Assembly (NCBI GenBank): GCA_965203905.1
Contig: CBDBDQ010000005.1
Coordinates: 5,184,001 to 5,248,000, forward strand
DNA from: Spirochaetia bacterium
Lineage (GTDB): Bacteria > Spirochaetota > Spirochaetia > SZUA-6 > Bin103
Reading direction: 5' to 3'
Length of the DNA stretch: 64,000 nucleotides
Below the pieces are notes generated by a model, which was not told the DNA's origin, did not search any database, and saw nothing but the letters and a program-made list of their open reading frames with translations. The position numbers were made by a program, and so were the translations under genes. Positions 37,781-46,497 of this stretch are shown piece by piece. Position 1 is the stretch's first letter. Each line of letters begins with the position of its first letter.

Positions 37781-39016
37781 TCAGGCGCGCTGCTGTTCGT
37801 AGGCGGCGGCTGCGGCCTGGAGGCACGCCACGGCGTGGCGCCGTGACTCGGCCAGCGAGTATTTTTCGTGCTGCTTGATCATGCAGGCAACGGCGCCGAG
37901 GCGGACCGCGGCATGGAATCCGATACTGGGCTGATACGCTCCCTCGTCGTGGGAAGTGAAGTTCCCGTGATGGGTGTTGGGGAGACGCAGCAGGCGCTCC
38001 TCGACCGCGTCCCAGAGGCTGCGGGTGTTGCCGTCGCCGGCCAGCTCGGAGCGATAGCGCAGCAGCATGTGCCCCGGCCGCCGCGACCAGTTGTTGGAGT
38101 GCCACTCCCAGAACAGCCAGGGGCGGAGCCGTTCCAGGTAGCGCCACTCGACAAGGTTCTCGGGGGATGCCGCGGGATCTCCCTGCGCTGCCAGGTTCGC
38201 CTCGAAGTAGGGGAACCGGCCCACCGCGTCGGCCACGCAGTAGCCGAGCACGGTGCCGTCCGGGTTCGTGGTGGGTACGACGCAGACCCGGAACCGGTCG
38301 CGAATCCGTGCCGCCGCAGCCTCGTTCGAGACCAGCCAGTCGATCAGCGCGCGGCAGGCGTGGCTGGCCATCGCCTCGGAAGGCTGCGTGGTCTGCGCGT
38401 TCACGATGGTGGGTGCGCCGGCGTCGTCGCGGCCGATCTCCACCGCATGGATCGGGCGGCCCTGGTGGCTCCTGCCGATCACCTTGACCCGCGCCAGGGA
38501 GCCGGCGCGGCGCACGAGCTGTTCGAGATAGCGCAGCCGCTCGCTGAACGGCCACCAGTGGAAGTTGCTGACGAACAGGGTGTCGGACTCCGCGTCGCCG
38601 CCGGCGGGCAGATCCAGCGTCAATTCCAGAGCGTCGCCGGCGTGGCCTATCGCGGCGGGGTCCAGGTGGCGCCAGCGGCCGCCCCGGCGCAGCACCATGT
38701 GCTCCTGGCCGAGCCAGCTTTCGCCTCGATGAATGTGCGCCGTGAGTTGCATCCGCAGGCGGCGCGCCGCGCCGCTCTTGTTGCGCAGACCGACGCACGC
38801 GTAATAGCCGACGCCCTTGAACCGATGATCGCCGGGATCCGGCTCCATGTGGATAGTGAACCGATCGTCGCCCAGCCGTTCGATCGCGTGTCCGTTGCCG
38901 CCCTCGAAGTCGGTCGCGATGAGCAGCGCGTCGTCTTCGTAGACGCGAGCCGGATGCGTGGCGGTCTCGCCGCGCACGTCCTCCCAGCCGGGGTCGTAAG
39001 TACGAAGCGCACTCAT
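37781..39016 (-). CDS. M14 zinc-carboxypeptidase-fold protein (divergent)
   Basis: TDFEGGNG N-domain, IGRSHQGRPI, QPSE, PTTNPDG, EWHS. Confidence 0.75.
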   Translation of the reverse strand: MSALRTYDPGWEDVRGETATHPARVYEDDALLIATDFEGGNGHAIERLGDDRFTIHMEPDPGDHRFKGVGYYACVGLRNKSGAARRLRMQLTAHIHRGESWLGQEHMVLRRGGRWRHLDPAAIGHAGDALELTLDLPAGGDAESDTLFVSNFHWWPFSERLRYLEQLVRRAGSLARVKVIGRSHQGRPIHAVEIGRDDAGAPTIVNAQTTQPSEAMASHACRALIDWLVSNEAAAARIRDRFRVCVVPTTNPDGTVLGYCVADAVGRFPYFEANLAAQGDPAASPENLVEWRYLERLRPWLFWEWHSNNWSRRPGHMLLRYRSELAGDGNTRSLWDAVEERLLRLPNTHHGNFTSHDEGAYQPSIGFHAAVRLGAVACMIKQHEKYSLAESRRHAVACLQAAAAAYEQQRA

Positions 39017-39023
39017 GATCGGC

Positions 39024-40199
39024 TCACTTGTAGGGGTCGGCGGCATCGCGCATGCCGTCGCCGAGGAAGTTGAAGGCCAGCACGGCAACGATGACGAACA
39101 GGGCCGGCACCAGCAGCCACGGCTGCTGCGCCACGGTGCGCACGTTCTGCGCCGCCTTCAGCAGCACTCCCCAACTCACCACCGGCGGCCGCAGCCCGAG
39201 GCCGAGGAAGCTCAGCGCCGTCTCGCCCAGGATCATCCCCGGTATGTCCAGCGTGATGTTGACGATCAGGTAGCTGGAGAACGACGGCAGCAGGTGACGG
39301 CTGATGATGCTGCGCTCGCGCGCCCCCGCCACCCGCGCCGCGGTCACGAAGTCCTCCTCGCGCAGCTCCAGCAGCTTGCCGCGCACCACCCGGGCCAGTC
39401 CGGTCCAACCGACGATCGACAGCACCAGGGTGATGCCGAAGTACACCTTGATCGCGGACCAGTGCGCCGGCAGCGCGGCGGCCAGTCCCATCCACAGGGG
39501 AATGGTGGGTATCGAGCGCAGGAACTCGATGACGCGCTGGATGATGGTGTCCACCTTGCCGCTGTAGAACCCCGAGACGCCACCCAGCAGGCAGCCGAGC
39601 AGGAAGCTGATCAGCACCCCGCCGAGCCCGACCGACAGGGAGATGCGCGATGCGTACAGCACCCGGGTCAGCATGTCGCGCCCCAGCTCGTCGGTTCCCA
39701 GCAGGTGGATGGTTGCGGGCGTGTCCACCCCGAAAAGATGGAGGTCGGTGCGGAACAGGCGCCAGAAGCGGTACTCGTCGCCGCGCTGGAACAGCCGCAC
39801 CGGGTAACGCGTCGTGGTGTCGGCGATGTACTCCCAGCGAAAGGTCTCCTCGTTCAACTCCTGGCGAAACTCGTACACGAAGGGCCGCAGGTAGAACCGC
39901 GAGCCGTCGAAGAAGTGAACCCGCTGCGGTGGGAAGAAGATGAAGTCGGCATTGCGCTCCAGCGGGGTGTAGGGCGACAGAAACTCGCAGAACAGCGCTC
40001 CCAGGTAGAACAGGCCCAGGATGACGGCGCCGACGATGGCCAGCCGGTGGCGCCGGAACTTGGACCACATGAGCTGCCACTGCGACGCCAGGTAGTAGCG
40101 CTCGTCGGATGCACTGCCGGCGTCCGCCGCGGCCCCGGCCGCGGAGACGGTCGCCGCGCTCACGCGCGCGTCGGCGCTGGTCGGGTCCCCGTGTGCCAT
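39024..40199 (-). CDS. ABC permease DppC/OppC-like
   Basis: LGTDELGRD, REEDFV, GDGMRDAADPY. Confidence 0.93.
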   Translation of the reverse strand: MAHGDPTSADARVSAATVSAAGAAADAGSASDERYYLASQWQLMWSKFRRHRLAIVGAVILGLFYLGALFCEFLSPYTPLERNADFIFFPPQRVHFFDGSRFYLRPFVYEFRQELNEETFRWEYIADTTTRYPVRLFQRGDEYRFWRLFRTDLHLFGVDTPATIHLLGTDELGRDMLTRVLYASRISLSVGLGGVLISFLLGCLLGGVSGFYSGKVDTIIQRVIEFLRSIPTIPLWMGLAAALPAHWSAIKVYFGITLVLSIVGWTGLARVVRGKLLELREEDFVTAARVAGARERSIISRHLLPSFSSYLIVNITLDIPGMILGETALSFLGLGLRPPVVSWGVLLKAAQNVRTVAQQPWLLVPALFVIVAVLAFNFLGDGMRDAADPYK

Positions 40200-40206
40200 G
40201 CGAGCT

Positions 40207-41193
40207 TCAGGCCTCGAAGCGGATGCGTGGGTCCGCCCAGGCCAGCAGCAGATCGGAGATCAGCGTGCCCACCACCGTCAGGCTGCTCAGCACCATGATG
40301 ATGCTGCCGGCCAGGTACATGTCCTGGCTCACCAGGGCACCCAGGAGCAGGACGCCGGTCGTGGGCAGCGACAGCACCACCGCGGTGATGGCGGCCCCCG
40401 ATACGATGGTCGGCAGCAGCCAGCCCACCGTGCTGATGATGGGGTTGATGGCCACCCGCACCGGGTAGCGGAACAGCAGGCGCAGCTCCGACACGCCCTT
40501 CGAGCGCGCGGTGATCACGTACTGCTTGCCCAGCTCGTCCAGCAGCGTGCCGCGCATCACCCGGATGATGCCCGCGGTGCCGCCGGTGCCGATCACGATG
40601 ATCACCACCCACAGGTGCTCGATCATGTCCAATACCTTGGCCACGCTCCACGGCGCGGTGGCGTACTCGGTGGAGAACAGGCCGCCGACGCTGAGGCCGA
40701 AGAACTTGAAGAAGTAGAACATGAGCAGCAGCGCCAGCAGGAAGTTGGGCGTGGCCAGCCCGATGAATCCGGTGAACGTGAACAGGTAGTCGCCGACCGA
40801 GTACTGGTGGGCCGCCGAGTAGATGCCGATCGGGATCGCCAGGGCGTAGGTGAAGACCAGGGTGGAGAGCGAGATCACCATGGTCAGCGGCACCCGTTCC
40901 GCGAGCAGCTCGGTGACCGGCTGGCCCCACTGGAACGACCAGCCCATGTCGCCGCGCACGAAGCCGGAGATCCACAGCCAGTACTGGGCGTAGAGCGGCT
41001 TGTCCAGGCCGTACTGCACCTTGAGCGCATCCACCAGGTCCTGCTGCACGTGCATGCCGCTGGCCGAGAGCTGCATGATGTAGGTGGTAAGGAAGTCGCC
41101 CGGCGGGAGCTGGATGATGATGAACGACAGCACCGAGATGCCGGCCATGATGAACACCATGTAGAAAAGCCGGCGCAGCGTGTACTTGAGCAA
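40207..41193 (-). CDS. ABC permease DppB/OppB-like
   Basis: QLPPGDF, KQYVITARSKG, ADPRIRFE. Confidence 0.93.
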   Translation of the reverse strand: MLKYTLRRLFYMVFIMAGISVLSFIIIQLPPGDFLTTYIMQLSASGMHVQQDLVDALKVQYGLDKPLYAQYWLWISGFVRGDMGWSFQWGQPVTELLAERVPLTMVISLSTLVFTYALAIPIGIYSAAHQYSVGDYLFTFTGFIGLATPNFLLALLLMFYFFKFFGLSVGGLFSTEYATAPWSVAKVLDMIEHLWVVIIVIGTGGTAGIIRVMRGTLLDELGKQYVITARSKGVSELRLLFRYPVRVAINPIISTVGWLLPTIVSGAAITAVVLSLPTTGVLLLGALVSQDMYLAGSIIMVLSSLTVVGTLISDLLLAWADPRIRFEA

Positions 41194-41259
41194 GGTGGTC
41201 GGGCCTCCTGCACGGGCGGCCCCGGTGCCTGCCCGGCACCGGGACCTGTGCCGCCCGCT

Positions 41260-43161
41260 CTAGCGCTTGAAGAAGAAGGTCTCCGGGTGGTTGGGTTGCA
41301 GCCGGATCGCGTCGAAGCCGTGCAGCCCGGTCTCGGGAATGTTGCGGAGATCCTTGTTCACCAGGATCGGCAACGGACCTTCGCCCACGGTGCCGATGGT
41401 CCACAGGTTGTCGGCGTTCACCTCCAGGATCATCTTGCCGAGGCGAACCCGTTCCGCCTCGTCGGTGGTGGTTTTCATCTGGTTCCACCACTCCACGAGC
41501 TGCAGCATGACCTCGGGCGGTTCTTCACCCTCGGCCCCCCCGCTCTGGATCCAGCGCGCCCACTCCACGGCCCAGTTGCGTTCCCAGCCCGTGGTGTACG
41601 GCACCCACCAGCGCGGATCGGTGATGTAGCTGATGTCCATGCCATTGGACCCGTCCCAGACGCCTACCTCCATCTGGTTGGCGAGCGTGCGCGCACTCAC
41701 CAGGTCGTTGCTGATCGCCTTGAGGGCCGCGTCGATGCCGACTTCGCGCCACTGCTCCGCAATCAGCTCCAGGCCCGCGGTCTTCTCGCCGGTGTTGGAG
41801 TTGCTGAACTCGATGGTGAATGCCAGGCGCTTGCCGTCCGGCCGCAGCCGATAGCCGTCCGCGTCGCGGTCGGTGAGTCCCATCTCGTCGAGCAGGCGGT
41901 TGGCCTCCACCGGGTCGAATTCGGTGTAGCGGTTCTCGTACTCCGGTACGTAGTAGCTCGACTCCTTGACCGCGGTCACCTGGCGCGGCGTGGCGCGTCC
42001 GAAGTAGAGGATCTTGTTGAACTCCTCGCGGTCGATGGCCAGCGACATGGCGATGCGGAAGCGGACGTCCTGGAAGATCTCGCGCAGCACCGGGTCGCCG
42101 ATGGTCTGGTTGAACTGCAGGTTGAGCTCGTTGGCGGAGGTACGCTTCCACAGCAGCACCCGATAGTTGCCCGACTCCTGGTTCTCCAGGTAGAGCGGGT
42201 AGTTCTGCATCGTCATCTGGCGTGCCGCGTAGTCCAGCTCGCCCTGGATCATCTTCAGGTTGGCCACCTCGGCGTCGCCGATGTAGTTGGCCACCACCGA
42301 GTCGATGTAGGGAAGCTGGTTGCGGGCGGGATCTATCTTCCAGTAGTAGGGGTTGCGCTCGAAGATGCGCACGTCACCGCTGATCGAGGTGATCATGTAG
42401 GGGTTGATGACCGGGTAGCCGACCACCGTGGGCACGTAGCCGCTGCGATACTGCGCCTTGAACAACTGGTGCCAGGCGTCGAAGCCGGCCTCCTTGGCGC
42501 GCGTCTCCAGCTTCGCCTTGTCCACGACCGAGGGATGGAAGTCGCGCATGTAGTGGGCGGGGTGGTAGAACGAGGCGGGAAAGCCGCGGTAGTGGGCCAG
42601 CAGCATGGTGGCGATGGGATAGGGCTCGGCGAAGTCCAGCCTGAGGTTGTAGGTGTCCACCTTGCTCACCGTCATCAGCTCTGCGCCGGGCATCCAGTAC
42701 ACGGGCTTCGACGGCGTCAGCTCGTCGTCGAGCAGGACCTGTTCGTACCAGAACAGGATGTCGTCGGTCGTGAACGGCTCGCCGGAGGACCAGTTGATTC
42801 CCGGTACCAGGGACAGCAGCAGGGTGCGGCCGTCGTTCTGGTACTCCCAGCTCTCGGCGATCCCGGGCAGCACCGCGTTGTACTGCGGCGAGATCCGCAG
42901 GATGGTCTCCGGCCCGATGGTGGACTGGCCATCGCCGGCAAAGCCGTAGGGGCTGTTGATCGCCATCCGCAGCGTGCCGCCGTACTGGCCGACTTCTTCC
43001 AGGGGCGTGACCACGGGGGGATTCGGCGGCAGCCGATCCTCCACGGGTGGCAACTCGCCCGCGGCCACCCGCGCCGCAAGCATCGGAGCTTCCTGGTAGT
43101 CGGCCCAGGCAGAGGCGACGATCAGCGGCACGGCCGCTGCCATCAGCAGGGCTTTTTTCAT
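41260..43161 (-). CDS. ABC family-5 solute-binding protein
   Basis: Signal peptide MKKALL...AWA, EAPMLAARVAAGELPPVEDRLP, RNPYYWKID. Confidence 0.93.
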   Translation of the reverse strand: MKKALLMAAAVPLIVASAWADYQEAPMLAARVAAGELPPVEDRLPPNPPVVTPLEEVGQYGGTLRMAINSPYGFAGDGQSTIGPETILRISPQYNAVLPGIAESWEYQNDGRTLLLSLVPGINWSSGEPFTTDDILFWYEQVLLDDELTPSKPVYWMPGAELMTVSKVDTYNLRLDFAEPYPIATMLLAHYRGFPASFYHPAHYMRDFHPSVVDKAKLETRAKEAGFDAWHQLFKAQYRSGYVPTVVGYPVINPYMITSISGDVRIFERNPYYWKIDPARNQLPYIDSVVANYIGDAEVANLKMIQGELDYAARQMTMQNYPLYLENQESGNYRVLLWKRTSANELNLQFNQTIGDPVLREIFQDVRFRIAMSLAIDREEFNKILYFGRATPRQVTAVKESSYYVPEYENRYTEFDPVEANRLLDEMGLTDRDADGYRLRPDGKRLAFTIEFSNSNTGEKTAGLELIAEQWREVGIDAALKAISNDLVSARTLANQMEVGVWDGSNGMDISYITDPRWWVPYTTGWERNWAVEWARWIQSGGAEGEEPPEVMLQLVEWWNQMKTTTDEAERVRLGKMILEVNADNLWTIGTVGEGPLPILVNKDLRNIPETGLHGFDAIRLQPNHPETFFFKR

Positions 43162-43184
43162 GTGTTCTCCTCCTGTGAACGGCC

Positions 43185-43213
43185 ACCGTAGGAGATGGGC
43201 TGGCGGTTGTCAA
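43185..43213 (-). promoter_or_regulatory. sigma70 promoter of the 43161-37781 operon
   Basis: TTGACA-17 nt-TACGGT. Confidence 0.55.
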
Positions 43214-43256
43214 TGAATCGTCACGGCAGGGGTGCATTCCGTCACTGTGGCAGCGG

Positions 43257-43600
43257 TCAGGCAGCCTCGATCTGGGTCTGGGTGGATTGGCGACCACGTT
43301 TCTTGCAGGCCCCCTCGACTGACCCCGCTGCCGATCGGCAGACCGCACGACCGATACAGCGGGTAGTCCATGCGCTGCTGGTTGGCCGTGAAGTAGTTGA
43401 TCTCGCCCTGGAGGTCGTAGCACTGCTGCTTGCTGTAGCGGTGGGCGTCGTCGACAACATGGGCGACGTCGTGGACCTGGCGCCGGAGGTGTGGGTGTCG
43501 GCCGTCTCGTTGAAGACGTGGCGGGAGGTCTTTGCCGTGAACGTCGAGGCGGCTCTGACGGCATCGCAGCAGGCGGCGGTGCGGCAGATGTCCCGGCCGG
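43257..43600 (-). pseudogene. ISKra4-like transposase C-terminal remnant
   Basis: YFTANQQRMDYPLYRSCGLPIGSG, then after a frameshift VEGACK...TQTQIEAA*. Confidence 0.75.
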
Positions 43601-43823
43601 TGCTGCCGGCTGACGATCCAAAATTCGCAAGAAAAACGCTTGACGCACTCTGACGCGCTCATGACGGCCCTCTACGGGCCGTGGTGGCGCTTCCGACTCT
43701 CCAGAGAACACTTCGCGCCCGCTGGCTCGACAGCGCCCTGCTACGCCCGTCCTGAGCCATCTCCGAAGCCCGTCCGAGACCTGGAAGGTCGTGGTATTTT
43801 CAATCCAGTGGTATATTTACGCC

Positions 43824-45203
43824 ATGACGAACGTGACCGACGCAGCCTCCGAAGAGCTCCTCTCCACGGTCGCCGTGCTCCCCGACCAGGTGCTGCTGGA
43901 GCGGACCAGAATGCTCGCCCGCCACGAGCAGGCGTTGCAGCTCAGCGTCCTCGACCACCTGCGCGAAATCGAGGCCCGGCGCCTGTATCTGCGCCTCGGC
44001 TACTCCAGCTTGTTCGACTACACCGTGCGCGAGCTGCACTATACCGAGGCAGCCGCTTGGCGGCGTATCAAGGCCATGCGCCTGTGCCGCGAGACCCGCG
44101 GCGTCCGCGCGTGGCTGCAGGACGGCTCGCTGAACCTGAGCAACGCCGCCCTGTTGCAGAACTCCTTCGAGCGCTGGGACCGCAGCGCAGGCGGACGGAC
44201 CGCCACCGGGTCGCCGGGAGCCGGCACCAGCGCCGCGCCGCGTGCCGGCTCGGCTCCATCCGCGACGCCGGGCGAGGCGCAGGGTGCGCCATCGCCGGTG
44301 CTGGATGCGCACGCCCGGCAGCGGCTGGTGGAGCAGGCGGTGGGCAAGAGCACGCGGCAGGTGCAGCAGATGCTGGCGGAGGTGGATCCCGAGGCGGCGG
44401 CGCCGGCCGAGCGGCTGCGGGCGCTGGGGGACGGGCGGTGGGAGCTGAAGGCGGTGATCGACGCCGAGTGCCAGCGTGGACTGCAGCAGTTGCGGGAGCT
44501 GCTGTCGCACGTGGATCCGCACCTGACGGTCGGGCAACTCGTCGGGCGGCTGGTGCGGGAGGGCCTGGAGCGCTACGATCCGAGCCGGCCGCGCCGCCGG
44601 AAGCGGAAGTCAGACTCTGCGGGTGGCGAGCGTCCGTCCGGGACAGCGGGGCGGGAGACGGCAGATCGCGTCGCGGCGGCGGCGGAGAACCCGGACCGGC
44701 CCGGGAAGTCCGCGGCGGCGGCGGTGTCCCCTTCGGCGACGAAGGGGTCCGCGCAGCCGGCGGCAGACAGCACTTCGGCGCCGAAGCCGCGCGTGGCAGC
44801 CGGCGATTCGACTTCGGAGCGGAGCACGGGGGGCGCAGGATCGGCGGAGCCGACTTCGGCGGCGAAGTCCCGCGTGGCAACCGGTAGTTCGACACCGGAA
44901 CGGAGGACCGGCGACGCAGGGGAGCCGACTTCGGTGGAGAAGTCCGCCAGATCGTCGGGCAGATCGATTCCGGCTGCGGTGAAACGAGAGGTTTGGCGGC
45001 GCGACCAGGGCTGCTGCACCTTCGTCGACCGGGACAGCGGGCGGCGCTGCGGCTCGCGCTTCTGCCTCGAGATGGACCACATCGTTCCGGTCGCGGTGGG
45101 CGGCGGCGCGGAGCCGGGGAACCTGGTCTTGCGCTGCGCGGCTCACCACCGTTACCGCCACCAGCGCCGGCAGCGCTCCGCACCGCGGGACTCGGTGACG
45201 TGA
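43824..45203 (+). CDS. HNH endonuclease with helical (DUF222-like) N-terminus and low-complexity linker
   Basis: LGYSSLFDYTVRELHY N-domain; RSIPAAVKREVWRRDQGCC...RC...EMDHIVP...GG...NL...CAAHH; TGGTATATT 6 nt before ATG suggests a leaderless mRNA. Confidence 0.88.
   Translation: MTNVTDAASEELLSTVAVLPDQVLLERTRMLARHEQALQLSVLDHLREIEARRLYLRLGYSSLFDYTVRELHYTEAAAWRRIKAMRLCRETRGVRAWLQDGSLNLSNAALLQNSFERWDRSAGGRTATGSPGAGTSAAPRAGSAPSATPGEAQGAPSPVLDAHARQRLVEQAVGKSTRQVQQMLAEVDPEAAAPAERLRALGDGRWELKAVIDAECQRGLQQLRELLSHVDPHLTVGQLVGRLVREGLERYDPSRPRRRKRKSDSAGGERPSGTAGRETADRVAAAAENPDRPGKSAAAAVSPSATKGSAQPAADSTSAPKPRVAAGDSTSERSTGGAGSAEPTSAAKSRVATGSSTPERRTGDAGEPTSVEKSARSSGRSIPAAVKREVWRRDQGCCTFVDRDSGRRCGSRFCLEMDHIVPVAVGGGAEPGNLVLRCAAHHRYRHQRRQRSAPRDSVT
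44772..44945 (+). repeat. Degenerate in-frame tandem repeats (81/75 bp) in the HNH linker
   Basis: ACTTCGG..GAAG at 44772, 44853 and 44928 (TSAPKPRVA / TSAAKSRVA / TSVEKS). Confidence 0.65.
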
Positions 45204-45218
45204 GGCAAGGTGCCGCTG

Positions 45219-45446
45219 GGGTGCATTCCGTCAGTGTGGTAGCGGTCAGGCCGCCTCGAGCTGGGTCTGGCTGGGTCTGGGTGGATTCTGGGGTGGGCGA
45301 TGAGGGAAGCAGGCTTTCGTAGTCGTCCCAGAAGCGACGACTCATCACGGGGGGTAGATGCTTACCACACATCATCGAATCTCTGGGAGGGGTCTCTATT
45401 TCCCGTACCACAGATGCCGCAGGTGCCACAGAGAAAGAATGCACCC
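45219..45446. mobile_element. 228-bp MITE-like deletion derivative of the same IS
   Basis: ~25-bp imperfect TIRs GGGTGCATTCCGTCAGTGTGGTAGC / revcomp GGGTGCATTCTTTCTCTGTGGCACC; left ~65 bp repeats 43230-43288. Confidence 0.75.
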
Positions 45447-45501
45447 TCACGGCCTGCTTGGGACGCGGGGAAACGCGACCCGGCGAGCGCGAGTGCGATG
45501 G

Positions 45502-45530
45502 TTGATTCGATACGAATACGGAAGTAGTCT
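45502..45530 (+). promoter_or_regulatory. Promoter of the PIN TA operon (probably leaderless)
   Basis: TTGATT-17 nt-TAGTCT, 6 nt before GTG 45537. Confidence 0.5.
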
Positions 45531-45536
45531 TACCGT

Positions 45537-46067
45537 GTGCGCGTGGTCGTTGCAGATGCCAGTTCGCTGATACTGCTCGCCAAGTGCTCGATGCTGCGCG
45601 ACTATTCTCGGAGAGTGGACCTGCAAGTTCCGCGGGAGGTATTCGACGAGGTTGCCTCGGCGCCGCTCGTGCGCCGTTACACGGATGCGGCAAGCGTTGC
45701 GGGACTGGCGAACGAAGGCCTGGTACACGTGGTAGAGGTGGTCTCGCACCGCGGTCTCCCGCTTGCACTCGGTCGAGGAGAGGCCGCCGCGATCCGACTC
45801 TGGTTCGATGCAGAGGCGGACGTGTTGTTGTCCGATGACGGTCGCGCTATCCGTACGTGCCGGATGCTGGGAATACCGTTTACCAATTCACCACGCGTCG
45901 TCGTTGATCTCTACCGGGCGGGGGTGGTGCGCCGGTCCCGGGCGAGGACAGCCCTTGAGACGTTGGCGGTAGCTGGACGCTATGGCCGAGACTTGATCGC
46001 CGCCGCGATGGTGGCCCTGCAGGAGGAATACGACGATGACGAAACCCACGACGATTCGTCTTCCTGA
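45537..46067 (+). CDS. PIN-domain toxin (DUF3368-like)
   Basis: VVADASSLILL, VPREVFDE, LGRGEAAAI, LLSDDGRA. Confidence 0.85.
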   Translation: MRVVVADASSLILLAKCSMLRDYSRRVDLQVPREVFDEVASAPLVRRYTDAASVAGLANEGLVHVVEVVSHRGLPLALGRGEAAAIRLWFDAEADVLLSDDGRAIRTCRMLGIPFTNSPRVVVDLYRAGVVRRSRARTALETLAVAGRYGRDLIAAAMVALQEEYDDDETHDDSSS

Positions 46068-46338
46068 GGATATGCTGAACGAACTCGACCGCCGTGCCCG
46101 AGCGCGTGGCAAGGACCGGGCGACGCTCCTGCGTGAGTTGCTGCGCGATGCACTGGACAGGGATAGGGAAGACGAGGCGGTAGCCGCTTATCGTTCCGGG
46201 CGCCTCTCACTGTCGCAGGCCGCCTCGCGACTCGGAATAGACGCGTGGTCGTTCTTCAACACTCTCTCGCGGCGAGGGGAGACCGTGAGCGTATCGCTGG
46301 AGGACTGGAGGGATTCCGAGGCGTCAGCTTCAGGGTAG
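46036..46338 (+). CDS. RHH/CopG plus UPF0175-like antitoxin
   Basis: TTIRLPEDMLNELD (RHH), YRSGRLSLSQAASRLGI (UPF0175-like). Confidence 0.82.
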   Translation: MTKPTTIRLPEDMLNELDRRARARGKDRATLLRELLRDALDRDREDEAVAAYRSGRLSLSQAASRLGIDAWSFFNTLSRRGETVSVSLEDWRDSEASASG

Positions 46339-46497
46339 GAGACCATGAAACCGGAGCACCTGGTTGGTCTGCTGGACGTGATCTTGGATTAGTCGGGCGG
46401 GGTCTCTCACCGGCGGACGGTTGCGCGGCGGCACGTTGACAGGGATGGGGGGCCGTAACATGATCGAGACACAGGACGCACTCTCAAGGAGGACGCT

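Larger units (their letters stand above)
43230..45446. mobile_element. Degenerate ISKra4/ISLre2-like (prokaryotic Mutator) composite element enclosing an HNH gene
   Basis: TIR GGGTGCATTC at 43230 and inverted at 45437-45446; flanks TCACGGCAG / TCACGGCCT; transposase remnant inside. Confidence 0.65.

Noticed and set aside
46372-46412. Resemblance of DVILD*SGGVSH to DVVLEEGGVSH in the 26104 ORF
   Set aside because: Too short, and it crosses a stop codon; likely chance.
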